A stretch of 64,000 nt of DNA from Octopus sinensis (Eukaryota): the NCBI RefSeq assembly GCF_006345805.1, contig NC_043001.1, positions 66,650,001 to 66,714,000 of the forward strand. The letters are read 5' to 3'. The notes under the pieces were generated by a model, which ran no database searches, was not told where the DNA came from, and saw nothing but the letters and a program-made list of their open reading frames with translations. The position numbers and the translations under genes were made by a program. This document shows, one piece after another, positions 39,797 through 52,317 of the stretch; position 1 is the first letter of the stretch, and each line of letters begins with the position of its first letter.

Positions 39797-40565
39797 ATTA
39801 GGCCTTCCAGCCTCTATTACTTTGTTAGGCTGAATGTCAAAGTCCCACAACATCTTATACTTTTTACTTTCTAGCACTTTACTAGGTTCATCTTCATACC
39901 ACTTACCAGTATGGCCAAATCCTAGCCTTCTAAATAACTCTCAGTGGATTATTGTCCTTGGGTTGTCATGTCCTTTCTTGTATTCTTTCTGTGCTAGCAT
40001 ACTACATTCACTTACTATATGAGTAACACTTTCCTCTTTTGATTTACATAAGTTACATTGGGAATCTACTTCATTTTTGTCTGTTTTGGCTTTTATCTAG
40101 TTAGTCCTCAGTAGCTGATCTTGAACTGCGATTAACAAATTTTCTGTCTCCTTTTTCAGCATTCCTTTCTGCAACTACAACCATGTCTCACTATTACTAT
40201 TTTCTATAACTATCTTTGAAAATCTACCATGGAAAGCCTTCTCTTGCCAGTTAGATAATCTTTTTTCTTTTTGCGGTTTTTAACTACATTTGCATTTTGG
40301 CTTCTCTATCTGCTACTGTTACACTAGCCACTCTTACCTACATAGGAGGTTATATCTACTCAAGCTAACTCCATACTGTGTTCTACCACCTTCCTTCTTA
40401 GGTAAATATGATCTTGCTACTCCAGCTTTAGGATGAAGTACTCTATTCATATTGAATTCCTTCCTGGTTCTGTTAGGTTTGCTAATTCAGATTTTGTCCA
40501 GTCTACAAAAACTGCTGCCCAAGTATTTACGACTTTCACTGGATTTGGATGATTTAGCTTCATCA
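39797..40565 (-). mobile_element. REL-endonuclease LINE relic (R4/Dong-like)
   Basis: NTWAAV..WTKSEL..RTRK..LHPKAGVARSYLPKKEGGR; HIVSECSMLAQKEYKKGHD (CCHC region); KWYEDEPSKVLE..KMLWDFDIQ. Confidence 0.85.
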
Positions 40566-41467
40566 ACTTCCTTTTAGTTTGTTATTATTTTTTTCTACAA
40601 AGGAAGTTGCAAAGGAAAAAGAGTAGAGTGTTGACCAATATATACATGCATTTGCTCAACATGTTCTCACTATGTTAAAATAATCTGGATATGTTGAAAT
40701 ATGTATCAGTAATATACTGAAATTTCTGTCCTGCAACCAGTGTAAAAAATTATTATCAATGATATTACAAAAGCTGTTGAGTATCAAAACTGGTAGAATA
40801 CCAGAACAAATTCTTAGGATTCATTTTATCAATTGTATCCTTCCCTACAAAATTTTATCTTTGTACCAAAAGTAATAAGTATTATAATTAGCATCAGCAA
40901 AATGGATAAAGGTGCTAAATGTAAGTAATTTTGTCTTGAGTTCAAATATCACTAGAATCAGTGTTTGTTTTACATCATTTAAAATAAATTCCAATATTAT
41001 TATCATTGTTTTCATCAGCATTTACTGTCCAGCCTCCATGCTGACTTGGGTTGACCTACAGTAGCCAAAATTAATTATACTTTTAAAAATGTATCTGAAT
41101 TTGTGCCAGTCATTATCATCATTATTTATATCTACCTTCCAAGCTAGTATGAGTTTGAAAGTTCATGATTTGAGTAAGGTCTTATTGGGATCCACTGTTC
41201 TCTCTGATGGTATGTACTTCAACAAATTATTTTGGTTTTTTTTTTTGTGTGTGTACAGCTGGATATTCTTCCTTCATCAACCACTTCACAGAGTGTACTG
41301 GGTGCATTTTCTTATAGCTTCAACACTGGAAAGAAGTGGTCGACTCCTAGATGAGGCAGGACTATGGCAACTTCTTGACCCTTCTCTTTTTCTGCATCCT
41401 TTCAATCCACTTAAATGAGTAGGGAAAGTGAAAGGTTGTGAATTTGCTTTTGTCTTGCCAAGGACTA

Positions 41468-44400
41468 TCATCATCATCATCATCATCGTTTAACGTCCGT
41501 TCTCCATGCTAGCATGGGTTGGACGGTTCGACTGGGGATCTGGGAAGCCAGAAGGCTGCACCAGGCTCCGGTCTTATCTGGCAATGTTTCTACAGCTGGA
41601 TGCCCTTCCTAACGCCAACCACTCCGTGAGTGTAGTAGGTGCTTTTTACGTGCCACCTGCACTGGTGCCAGGCGAGGCTGGCATCGGCCACGGTCGGATT
41701 GGTGCATTTTACGTGCCACCGGTACGGAAGCCAGTCGAGGCGGCACTGGCTTCGGCCACGATTCGGATGGTGCTTTTTACGTTCCACCGACACGGAAGCT
41801 AGTCGAGGCGGCGCTGGCATCGGCCACGATTCGGATATTGCTTTTTACGTATCTCCAGTCCAGGGGTCCTGGCATCTGCCGGGTGCCAGTCATAGGATTG
41901 GTTCAATTTTGATTCCAATTTCGATTTCACTTGCCCCAACAGGTCTTCGCAAGCAAAGGGGGGTTGGCATAGGTGCCTGTCGTCGAATGAGGTTCGATAT
42001 TGACTTCGCTTGCCTCAACAGGTCTTTGTGTGTCCAAGGGAGGAAAGGCATGCATAAGTGGGCTGGACTCACTTGTCCTGCCTGGTCTTTTCACGCACAG
42101 CATATTTCCAAAGGTCTCGGTCGCTGGTCATTTCCTCAGTGAGACCTAAAGTTCGAAGGTCGTGCTTCACCACCTCGTCCCAGGTTTTCCTGGGTCTACC
42201 TCTTCCATGGGTTCCCTCCACTGCTAGGGATTGGCAGGTAGAGGCCACGGGTTATGACCTCACTAGTCTTGCCGGGTCTTCTCACGCACAGCATACTTCC
42301 ATAGGTCTCGGTCTCTAGTCATTTCCTTGGTGAGACCTAAAGTTCGAAGGTCGTGCTTCACCACCTCGTCCCAGGTTTTCCTGGGTCTACCTCTTCCACA
42401 GGTTCCCTCAACTGCTAGGGTGTAGCACTTTTGCACACAACTATCTTCAGCCATTCTCGTCACATGACCATACCAGCGCAGACGTCTCTCTTGCACACCA
42501 CAACTGATGCTTCTTAGGTTCAACTTTTCTCTCAAGGTACTTACACTCTGTCGATTATGAACACTGACATTACACATCCATCGGAGCATACTGGCTTCAT
42601 TTCTTGCGAGCTTACGCATATCCTCAGCAGTCACAGCCCATGTTTCACTACCATGTAGCATGGCTGTACATACACATGCATCATACAGTCTGCCTTTTAC
42701 TCTGAGCGAGAGGCCTTTTGTCACCAGCAGGGGTAAGAGCTCTCTAAACTTTGCCCAGGCTATTCTTACTCTAACAGTTACACTTTCAGCACACCCACCC
42801 CCACTACTGACTTGGTCACCTAGGTAGCGGAAGCTATCAACTACTTCTAGTTTGTCTCCCTGGAACGTGGTAGAAGTTGGTCTCTGCACATTTCCAGTGT
42901 TTATTGCTCCTGAGCATCTGCCACAGACAAAAACTATTTTCCTAGTTAGCCTTCCTTTGACATTGCTGCACCTCTTATGTGTCCATAGCTTACACTTGGT
43001 GCACCTTATAGAGTTTCTACCTACACCTTTTTTACAGATCGAGCAGGGCCATCTACCTGAAGTCGTTTGTGATTGGTCCACCTTCCTACTTATTAGAACT
43101 TTGGTTTTGGCTAGGTTGATTCTAAGTCCCTTCGATTCTAATCCTTGTTTCCACACCTGAAACTTCTCCTCGAGTTCTGATAGTGACTCAGCAATTAGAG
43201 CAAGGTCATCAGCATAGAGGAGCTCCCAGGGGCATCCTGTCTTGAATTCCTCCGTTATTGCCTGGAGGACTATGATAAATAGGAGGGGACTGAGGACTGA
43301 ACCTTGGTGGACCCCAACCTCTACCCGGAATTCTTCACTGTACTCGTTGCCAACCCTCACCTTACTAGCAGCGTCTCTGTACATGGCTCGCACAGCTCTC
43401 ACTAACCATTCATCTATCCCTAGTTTCCTCATTGACCACCAGATAAGGGATCGGGGGACCCTGTCAAAGGCTTTCTCCATGTCAACAAAAGCCAGGTACA
43501 GGGGCTTATCTTTGGCTAGGTATTTCTCCTGCAGCTGTCTTACCAGGAATATAGCATCAGTAGTACTTTTCCCTGGCACGAACCCAAACTGCATCTCATC
43601 TAAGCTAACTCTCTCTCTAATTAATTGGGCTATAACCCTCTCCGTAACCTTCATTACCTGATCCAGCAGCTTGATACCCCTGTAGTTATTTGTATCTAGG
43701 GCGTCACCTTTACCTTTGTAGCAGTTGACTATTATGCTGCTACACCAGTCATTGGGTATGACTCCTTCGTGTATCACCTGGTTAACTATACGGGTGACTA
43801 GGCTATAGCCGACACTACCAGATATTTTGAGCATCTCTGCAGTAATTCCTGATGGGCCTGGGGCTTTCCATGTTTTCATGCTTGTAATTGCCTTAACTAC
43901 TAAGGGACTGTTAACTCGGATTGCTGGTCCCTCTGTTGGGTCGACATTCGGCAGACTCTCTTTATCCCATTCATTTTCCTCATTCAGCAACCTTTCATAG
44001 TGGCGTCTCCAAGCCTCTCTCTTTGCATCCTCATTTAGTGCAAGTGAACCGTCATCCTTGCGAACACATTTCTCTCCTACCATGTCACGATTCTCTCTCA
44101 CACACTGTCTTGCAACACGAAATACCTCAAGTCTTTCATCCTCACAGCGCAGAACATTGGCAAATTTTTTCTTATCTGCTTCCCCTCTGGCTAGATAGAC
44201 CTGTCTCCTAGCTTCCCTTCTGGCAGTCTGATACACTTCCTGCTACCACCGTTCTTCCAGTCCTTCCAAGCCTGTTTCTTTTGTCTAATAGCCCTGTCAA
44301 CAATATTGTTCCACCACCACGTTATTTTGGGTCTTAAGGGGACTTTGCACCAGCCACAGATCTGGTCAGTGGCTTTCAGCAGGTTGTCCCTCAGAAGCGT

Positions 44401-44650
44401 CCAGTTGTCTTCTACCCCATGTGTAGCTATACCCCCTTCCATTTCGTCAAAAGCTTCAAGTATCATGTCTCTAAATCTCTGTCCATTCGCAGGGTCTTTA
44501 AGCTTCCAGACCCTTCTTCTCCTTGTTGGTCGTCTTCTAGTCGCCCTCTTAGTCCTGATCCTAAAGTCACTAACTACCAGTCTATGTTGTGGGGTGCATT
44601 CTTCGCCTGGGAAGGTTTTGGCATTTATAAGCAGCCATCTTTCTCTTTTA
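41468..44650 (-). mobile_element. Young 5'-truncated RTE-clade LINE (composite of two variants)
   Basis: End of APE domain (PGEECTPQHRLVV), RT, PHD-type finger, 3' UTR with tandem units and a (GAT)n tail. One frameshift near 44240. Confidence 0.97.
42263..44236 (-). CDS. RTE ORF2 fragment: reverse transcriptase + C4HC3 PHD-like finger (657 aa)
   Basis: [63 protein letters not shown]. Upstream frame 44650-44240 is separated by a 1-bp deletion. Confidence 0.95.
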   Translation of the reverse strand: MYQTARREARRQVYLARGEADKKKFANVLRCEDERLEVFRVARQCVRENRDMVGEKCVRKDDGSLALNEDAKREAWRRHYERLLNEENEWDKESLPNVDPTEGPAIRVNSPLVVKAITSMKTWKAPGPSGITAEMLKISGSVGYSLVTRIVNQVIHEGVIPNDWCSSIIVNCYKGKGDALDTNNYRGIKLLDQVMKVTERVIAQLIRERVSLDEMQFGFVPGKSTTDAIFLVRQLQEKYLAKDKPLYLAFVDMEKAFDRVPRSLIWWSMRKLGIDEWLVRAVRAMYRDAASKVRVGNEYSEEFRVEVGVHQGSVLSPLLFIIVLQAITEEFKTGCPWELLYADDLALIAESLSELEEKFQVWKQGLESKGLRINLAKTKVLISRKVDQSQTTSGRWPCSICKKGVGRNSIRCTKCKLWTHKRCSNVKGRLTRKIVFVCGRCSGAINTGNVQRPTSTTFQGDKLEVVDSFRYLGDQVSSGGGCAESVTVRVRIAWAKFRELLPLLVTKGLSLRVKGRLYDACVCTAMLHGSETWAVTAEDMRKLARNEASMLRWMCNVSVHNRQSVSTLREKLNLRSISCGVQERRLRWYGHVTRMAEDSCVQKCYTLAVEGTCGRGRPRKTWDEVVKHDLRTLGLTKEMTRDRDLWKYAVREKTRQD

Positions 44651-45179
44651 AGAATTTATTACAGGCAGTATAAATTATGTTAATGAAACATGACAATTTT
44701 TAACATTTTGTTGTTGGATATTTATGACTAATTGTAATAATAGATTAATTTTATTGTTATTATCAGTTTTTATTATTCACTCTAGAATAAATCAATTTCA
44801 TTAATTTAGATAATTTGCAATATTTTAAACAAATGTTCAAAAATTGTGGCAGTGCATATATTGACTAGTGCTGATAGCATTATTGGTTGTAGTAGCAGTG
44901 TTAATGGTTGTGTGGTAGTGTTAATACCAATGTAGGTAGACATAGTGTTAATGCACTTTGGATAGTGTTAGTGTTAATTGTCGAGTAATGGGTTGTGTGA
45001 GTAGTGGTTGTATAAATTTTACTTTAGGCAGTAGTTGTCTAGTTTGTGGTAGTGTTCATGGCAGTGTCAGTAGTGTTAATGGTAGTGTAGTCAGAGGTAG
45101 TGTGGGCTTTGTTAATAGTAGTGTTAATGGTAACATGTAGGTATTGGTAGGATTTATTGACTTCCCCCCACCGTTAGTC

Positions 45180-47090
45180 TTCATCATCATGTTGTCTGCA
45201 GACAAGCACCATCAACCACTTGTCTCTAGAATTCCTTCTCCTGCATTGCTCTTTGTAGACCACTCTTCAATCAACCAAAGTTTTCAACCAGTTGATCAAT
45301 AAATGTCCTGGTGAGACAGCTCTTAGGTTACTTTACACTTGTTGATTCCCACATCAGCATTTGACTATTTCATCCTTGCCATGAGAACAATGTCCACAGA
45401 ATCCTAGTCTTCTTTCCTTTATGGTGGTGGTAACTCTTGGAAGATTACAATAGAGAACCTGTCAATGTTATTTGATAAGTGCTGCTCTTACAAGTCTTGT
45501 GTGTTTCTTCTAGTTTTTTTTCCAGTTCCTTAGTTAGAGTCCATGTAGTGCAGTCAAATAAGAGCACAGTTTCTATTGTTACGTGGAAGAAGCTAATCTT
45601 AAAATCTGTTTAGATTTAATGTTCCAAGTTTTATTGTCCTCACTTGTATTCGCCCATCATCTCAGATAAGAATAAATCATCAACTTTTTCCATTTCATAA
45701 CTATTCATTGTTAATTGGAAGCTATCTTCTTGGTCATAAGCCATATATTTAATTTTTACCTCATTTGTATGTAAGCCAGTCTGTGAAGTACAGGACTCAA
45801 CTCACAATAAAAACAGTTGGGCTTGTTTTATCGTTTAAGATAACACTGTCATCAATATATAATTTGTATCTGTGAAAGTTCTGCTTGTTGTAAGCTAAAG
45901 CCAAAGGTTTCATGATTTTTTTTCCCTCATATAGTCTAGTGCTATTATGAATAAGAAGTGGGCAAGAATGTCAGCTTGAAGTACTCCTGACATAATTTCA
46001 AAGGACTCAGTGTTGCCATCAAGAGGTACTACCTTCAGAGGAATATCTTTGTAGATTACTTCAATAGCCAAGACCATTTTCCTGGGGTTCCATAAGTAAC
46101 CAAGATATCCATTACCTTATCACTATGGATCGAGTGAAAAGTCTTTCAGAGTCTATGAATGCCAGTACTACTGGAAGCTGTTTTGGTTTGATACCTTCAA
46201 TGAATAACCTTAGTGCTAGTATCTGTGCTGTTATTGTTCTCCTTTTTCCAAAATCCATTTTGTTGTTTGTGTAGAAGCAAATGAACATGAGGCCTTATTC
46301 TATTCAGGAGCATTTTATAAATTTCTGCTGCCTCTTTAGTTTCCTATAGATGTTAAGTTACCTTTCTTTGAAAATGGTAAGATCCCTCCCTGTCTCCATA
46401 CCGTTGCTACATCTCCTTCAATTCTTTCATTGTAAATCTCCAGTAGTTGTTCACTTAATTTGTTACTTTTCCAAACTTCAGCTGGAATCTCATCAAGCCC
46501 TGGGGGCCTTGTTGTTCTTTATTTCTTTGATAGCAAGTTTTAATTCTTCCATTATAAGTGCTCCAATTTCTATTGGGAAGGTGTGTTACATTTTTTTTTT
46601 TAATTTGGACATCAGCAACCATTAGGGTTTGGCCTTGCTAGGTTCTGGAAATGCTTCCTCCAAAGAGCTACTCTTTTCTTTCAGCACTTTTAGCTTTTAT
46701 CAGATTAGAGTTGATCTTCTTCCTCCCTAAAACTTCATCAATTGTGGCTCATAGCAGTCTGGATTACTGATTTTCCTGCACATTCTCTATTTCTTTTATC
46801 TTGCTTTTCAACATATTTTTTTCTGCTCCATCAAATATGTCTCATTAAGAATTTTCTTTGCTGCTTTGAATTTTCTTATATTCTGTTGTATATAATTTTC
46901 TGTCAAGATGAGGTTAAAGTTCTCTGAGATTTTGTCTTACTTAGGCTACATTTGTGTTTTCTCATGGAACTCTTTGTCTAGATTTTGATTTCAGGCATAT
47001 GCTGGACCTAGCTCCTGGACTTCAATTATATTGTTGTACATAGTATGTGCATTGCATATTAGTCTTACTTTACTTCAGTCTTGTATCAGC
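45180..47090 (-). mobile_element. Old degraded RTE-like LINE (third family)
   Basis: LAFIDSEKTFHSI; DGNTESFEIMSGVLQADILAHFLF; YIDD; RRLGFCGHC..LMWE..TFIDQL; (GAT)n-type end near 45180. Confidence 0.75.
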
Positions 47091-47464
47091 AGGAAGTAAT
47101 TAAAAGATTGAACATAAGGTACCACTATTATTGCATTTGATACTATCAAAAAATTCTAGATGAAATTGGCTTTGACCCCTATTGAAGATACTACACATTC
47201 AGTTTATCTTCTGATACTCTATATAAAGCCATCCCACTGTTTGAAATAATTATTAACAGATTAATTAATTGAAGTCATTCAAGATCATCTTTTATCTCTT
47301 TCTGTCTGTCTTTCTCTCTCTCTCTTAGAACAAATATGTCGTAGAGGCTAGCCACACCCATTTGATGCCAACATCACATTCAGACACTAATACCCACACT
47401 TCATACAAATTGATTTAATTAACAAATTGGTGGTGGTGGTGGTGATGTTGCTGCTGTTGTTGTT

Positions 47465-48060
47465 AAGGCGGTGAATTGGCAGAATCGCTAGCACACTGGG
47501 CAAAATGATTAACAGCATTTCATCTGTCTTTATATTCTGAGTTCAAATTCCACCAAGGTTGATTTTGCCTTTCATCCTTTTAGGGTTGATAAAATAAGTA
47601 ACAATTGAATACTGGGGTCGACTTACCCCCACCCACCCCTCCTGTCTGAAATTCCTGGCCTTAGGCCAAAATTTGAACCCAGTAATATAATTATTAAAAA
47701 TTATTTCAAAATTTTAATATCAGTCATTACTATTTTTATTCCTCTGATGTTGACGTTCCTTTTCATTCGTTTGGGGTCAATAATATAAGTATCAGTTAAG
47801 TATTGGTGTCAATGTAGTCGACCAGCTCCCTACTCCAAAATTTCAGGTCTTGTGTCTATAGTAGAAAGAAGCACACTGGACAAAATGGTTAGAGGCATTT
47901 AATGTCTTTATGTTCTGAGGTCATATTCTGCTAAGGTTAGACTTTGCCTTTTGTTCTTTCAGGGTTGATAAATTAAGTATCAGTTTTGCACTGGGATAGA
48001 TGTAATTAACTAGCGCTTTCCCCCTAAATTTCAGGCCTTGTGCCTATAGTAGAAAGGCTT
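47465..48060 (+). mobile_element. Cluster of SINE copies (aaggcggtgagctggcagaatc family)
   Basis: Head at 47465. ttctgagttcaaattcc..gactttgcctttcatcc body recurs at 47868-48060, 1190-1330, 19058-19175 and 37860-38010. Confidence 0.75.
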
Positions 48061-48612
48061 ATCATTATTTGTAGTAGTATTAGTATTATGACCAAGACAG
48101 TTTGTAATGAAGTGCTAGGGTTGTAAACATTCTGGAAACTTTTTGAGGAGCCTTTATGTGGTTGTCCAATCAATTTGAAATAACAGCCAAATCTCAAACC
48201 ATATAGTACAATCTTTAAAAAAATGAATGCTATGTTAATAAAAGAGCCATTGTTGCAAAGCCTTTGCTCATTTGTCTGTTCAGTCAAGACTGGCTTGAGG
48301 CAAAACAACAACAGGGATTGCTGAAGGTATATAACTATTAAAGAAAAACTAAATACGATATCTTGTGTACGACATCTTAAGCTGTAAATTATATACAACA
48401 GTAAATAACAACAGCAAAGAGTACTGTGAGTATATATATCTATTAGAGACAAATTAAATATGATGTCTTGTGTATGACATCTTAAGCTGTAGATTATATA
48501 TTGCTCTAATCAGATTAGTAAAGAAGAATATCAAGAATCTGAATTGATCCTACTAGTTTCAGTTTGATGTTATATGTTATTGCTGATGAGGCATTTATAT
48601 AGTTGAACTCAG

Positions 48613-48706
<94 letters not shown>

Positions 48707-49400
48707 TAGTTGGAAATGAATGTCACTGATATGCAAGTAGTGGTATTCGTTTCCAGTCTTCCATGAAAAACATGTTTGGCCAAGAGGAAATATTACTTTG
48801 CTTGAAAACAGATAAGGCTTGGTGACAGGAAAGGTATCCAGCAATAGAAACCCTGTTTCGACTATTTGACCCATGTAAGCATAAGAAAGTGAATTTTAAA
48901 ATAATGATGATATTGATGGTAATTAAATATATATAAAGCAAATGATAGAAATGGAAAATGGAATACACGGGAAACATTATTGTTCACAATGATCATTTCG
49001 ACATATCCTGCATCAATCCCTTGTAGATGGGAAACTATACAACTAGTTGTGGTGCATCTAGCCATAGGCAGTGAATGTGCTTTATTGGCATACTACTAGG
49101 AACATACCTAACACTTAAATATTAACTTATTTAATAATAATAATGACTAGCTGGCCCTGTGAAAAATTCATGGAAAACAAAAAGTGTAAGCATCTGCAAA
49201 TTATGTGCTGGTGCCATGAGAAATGTTTCTATATTGTGACACTTAGAGAATATAGAAAGAAGCGAAAAACCGATAACTATATAATCTAACCAAAATATCT
49301 GTTACGCAAATGTAAACAGAATTACTATTTAGCCTTAAAATACATCGTACATATTTAAAGAACCTTCTTTGTTTAGTGGTACCAGAATGTTCTTCTGGTA

Positions 49401-49720
49401 TTCTTTTATTCTTTTACTTGTTTCAGTCATTTGATGGTGACCATCCTCTAGCACCACCCTTTAGTTAACGAAATCAACCCCTGGACTTATTCCTTGTAAG
49501 CCTGGTGCTTATTCTATCAGTCTCTTCTGCCAAACAGCTGCATTACGGGGATGCAAACACACCAACATTGGTTGTCAAACAATGGTGGTTGGGGGACAAA
49601 CACAGATACAAGCACACACATGCAGATATATAATATATATGATGGGCTTCTTTCAGTTTCCATCTACCAAATTCACTCACAAGGTTTTGGTCAGCCCGAG
49701 GCTATTGTAGAAGATACTCT
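49401..49720 (-). mobile_element. tRNA-derived SINE (family A), 5' truncated
   Basis: Reverse complement of the family A body and tail (cttttacttgtttcagtcattt...ttctttcagtttccatctacc). Confidence 0.85.
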
Positions 49721-50185
49721 TTAAAATATAGAGTTCAATTTCGTGTAGTCACCTGTTGGCAACTTTTCTCCCCCACCCATTTTGTAGGGGGCATTACCCA
49801 ATTTTCTGGGCTCTTTTCACAGCTATACCCTGTTCAAAATTTGCATTAGTTTTTGTATGAAAAAAAAGGGGAGGGAGGGAGGCTCGTTTGTAGAGAATTC
49901 ATTAAATGTACCTGAAAAAGGAACATGGTCTTTCCCCCCAACACATGAAATACTATAAAAGAAGTCGAATAAGTACTGGGGTTGTGGGAAAGAAGAGAGA
50001 ACTAACAGTCGCTCATTCTAGAACTTCCAGAATAAAAACGTAAACACCTGAAAGACTTTCCCTCTTCTTCATTGTTAAAAGTAAAGAAGTGAGAAAAGAT
50101 CAATTGTATTTCAGTCTGTCATTGTAAATGACTGAGGCTTTCCTTTCTCTGTTTCTATCACTTCACTCCTTTTCTCTACAGTTAA

Positions 50186-50615
50186 GTGACTGAAGGTGCG
50201 TGGCTCAGTGGTTAGGGGTATTCGGCCCATTATTGTAAACTCATGAGTACAATTCTGGGTGGCGTGCTGTGTTTTTGAGCAATGTATTCTACTTCACCTT
50301 GTTGCAGTTTATTCAGCTGGCAAAAATGAGTTGTAACTGTAATTCTTAGGGGCCAGCTTTGTCACATTCTGTGTGAGGCTTAATCTCCCTGAGAACTAAC
50401 TTAGGGTATGCATGTCTGTGGAGTACTCAGCTACTTGTGCATTAATTTTATGAGCAGGAGTGGCTGTGTAGTAAGTAGCTTGTTTACCAACCACATGGTT
50501 CCGGGTTCAATCCCACTGCATGGCACCTTGGGCAAGTGTCTTCTACTGTAGCCTCGGGCTGACCAAAGCCTTGTGAGTGGATTTAGTAGACGGAAACTGA
50601 AAGAAGCCCGTCGTA

Positions 50616-50670
<55 letters not shown>

Positions 50671-50934
50671 TTGTGTGTCTGTGTTTGTCCCCCTAGCATT
50701 GCTTGACAACCGATGCTGGTGTGTTTATGTCCCCGTCACTTAGCGGTTCGGCAAAACAGACCGATAGAATAAGTACTGGGCTTACAAAGAATAAGTGCCA
50801 GGGTCGAGTTGCTCGACTAAAGGCGGTGCTCCAGCATGGCTGCAGTCAAATGACAGAAACAAGTAAAAGAGTAAAAGAGACTGCTCCATTGATCAGATAA
50901 ACAGGAACCTCGTTGTCTTAACTGATGGAGTGCC
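50186..50934 (+). mobile_element. tRNA-derived SINE (third family) split by a nested family A SINE
   Basis: Box A tggctcagtggttagg at 50201. Body runs to 50456 and appears to resume at 50881. A second partial copy lies at 51240-51395. Confidence 0.65.
50457..50880 (+). mobile_element. tRNA-derived SINE (family A), full length
   Basis: Near-identical to 31818-32210. Tail agtaaaagagtaaaagaga. Confidence 0.92.
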
Positions 50935-51996
50935 ATTTTTTAAAAAGAGTGAAAGAAAAAGAAATGTTCCATATGGTAAGGCAAAAATGTGTTTAATATA
51001 AGCAGTGAAAGCTAAGACGAAATAATTGCTATTCTGTTGTGTATTCGCCCTTGACTCACACTCAGTTTGATAACAGCCTGCGCATTGGTGTTTATCTGGG
51101 GGCTTGGCCTACAGATCTGTGAGACCCACAGATGCCACTGTTAGGACTGGATTAACACCCATAGTGACCCTAACGACTAATAAGATTTTCCTGCTCCATA
51201 TAGGATCTTTTTTTCATTTTCTTCCAACCACTTGCAGGTTTATTTTGCTCTAGTCCACTCAGTTGGTCAAAATGAGTTGTAGCTGTAAATTCAAAGGGGC
51301 CAGCTTTGTCATATTCTGTGTAAAACTGAATCTCCCTGAGAGCTACATTAATGATATGCATGTCTGGAGTACTTAGCCACTTGCGAGTTAATTTTATCTT
51401 GGTGTGGTAATGAAAAGTGAAAATGACAAGCAATATTTGCTGTGTCTATGTATCTATGTATCACCTTTTCTCTGGATCTATGTATCTACTGTCTCTCTCA
51501 CTTTCTCTCTTTCTCTTTCACTTCCACTGTGTCCATCCTCTCTCCCGCTTTTAATTTAAAAATGTGTGTATGTACCTACTTTTCTTGCGATGTGATAAAC
51601 ATTTAAAAACACAAAATGAATGCTGTTACCACTCACTGTCTCTTTCAATCTCTCTCTTTCTCTCTCACTCTATCTCTTACTTCCTCTCTGTCTTCCTCTC
51701 TCTTGCTTTGCCACTCATTTCTCCACTCACTTCTTCCTTTGAAGTAAGTGTGACACACACCACAGGTACATACAAAAACAAACAAAACTAAGCGTATTAA
51801 TATTATTGATAATAATTGATTATAAAAATGAAAAATAGTGTGATAATTGTTTCAACCCACCCTGCAGCTGTCCATTATAGGTTGGATTTTGTGCATCAAT
51901 GCATGCAGTTTGTATCACATCAAGTCTATGCATAAAGAAGGGGATGTCCCACTAAATACACTGAGATATCCTAGGCATGCTGTTCATGCCTGCTAC

Positions 51997-52031
<35 letters not shown>

Positions 52032-52121
52032 ATTAAATAAGGGTAGAAATTGATATTAATCAATTAAAACCAGTGGTCTAGCATATTTTTTAAAAATCCG
52101 AAGATTAAAAATTTTATACAT

Positions 52122-52306
52122 ACAAAATTTAGAGGAATGACCACTAATAGGGGACAGCTTGTATGCTACATATAGACGTCAAACTAGTCATTTACCATGA
52201 AGAATGTGTTCTCAAGAAACACATTCTTCATGGTATATGACGAGTTTGATGTCTATATCTAGCATACAGGCTGTCCACTATTAGTGGTCATTCCTCTAAA
52301 TTTTGT
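52122..52306. repeat. About 185-bp imperfect palindrome
   Basis: Arms of about 88 bp with about 6 mismatches around a short loop at 52211-52217 (tgtgtt-ctcaaga-aacaca). Confidence 0.95.
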
Positions 52307-52317
52307 GTATATATATA

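Noticed and set aside
40603-40720. GSCKGKRVEC*..VKIIWIC* resembling the W-x-C module
   Set aside because: Several stops in a short span and no further aligned residues; cannot be distinguished from chance.
50897-50977. NLVVLTDGVP...|gtaagg, resembling a VWA-domain exon
   Set aside because: The LTDG-coding bases appear to be the 3' end of the interrupted SINE (50881-50934), and there is no pyrimidine-rich acceptor.
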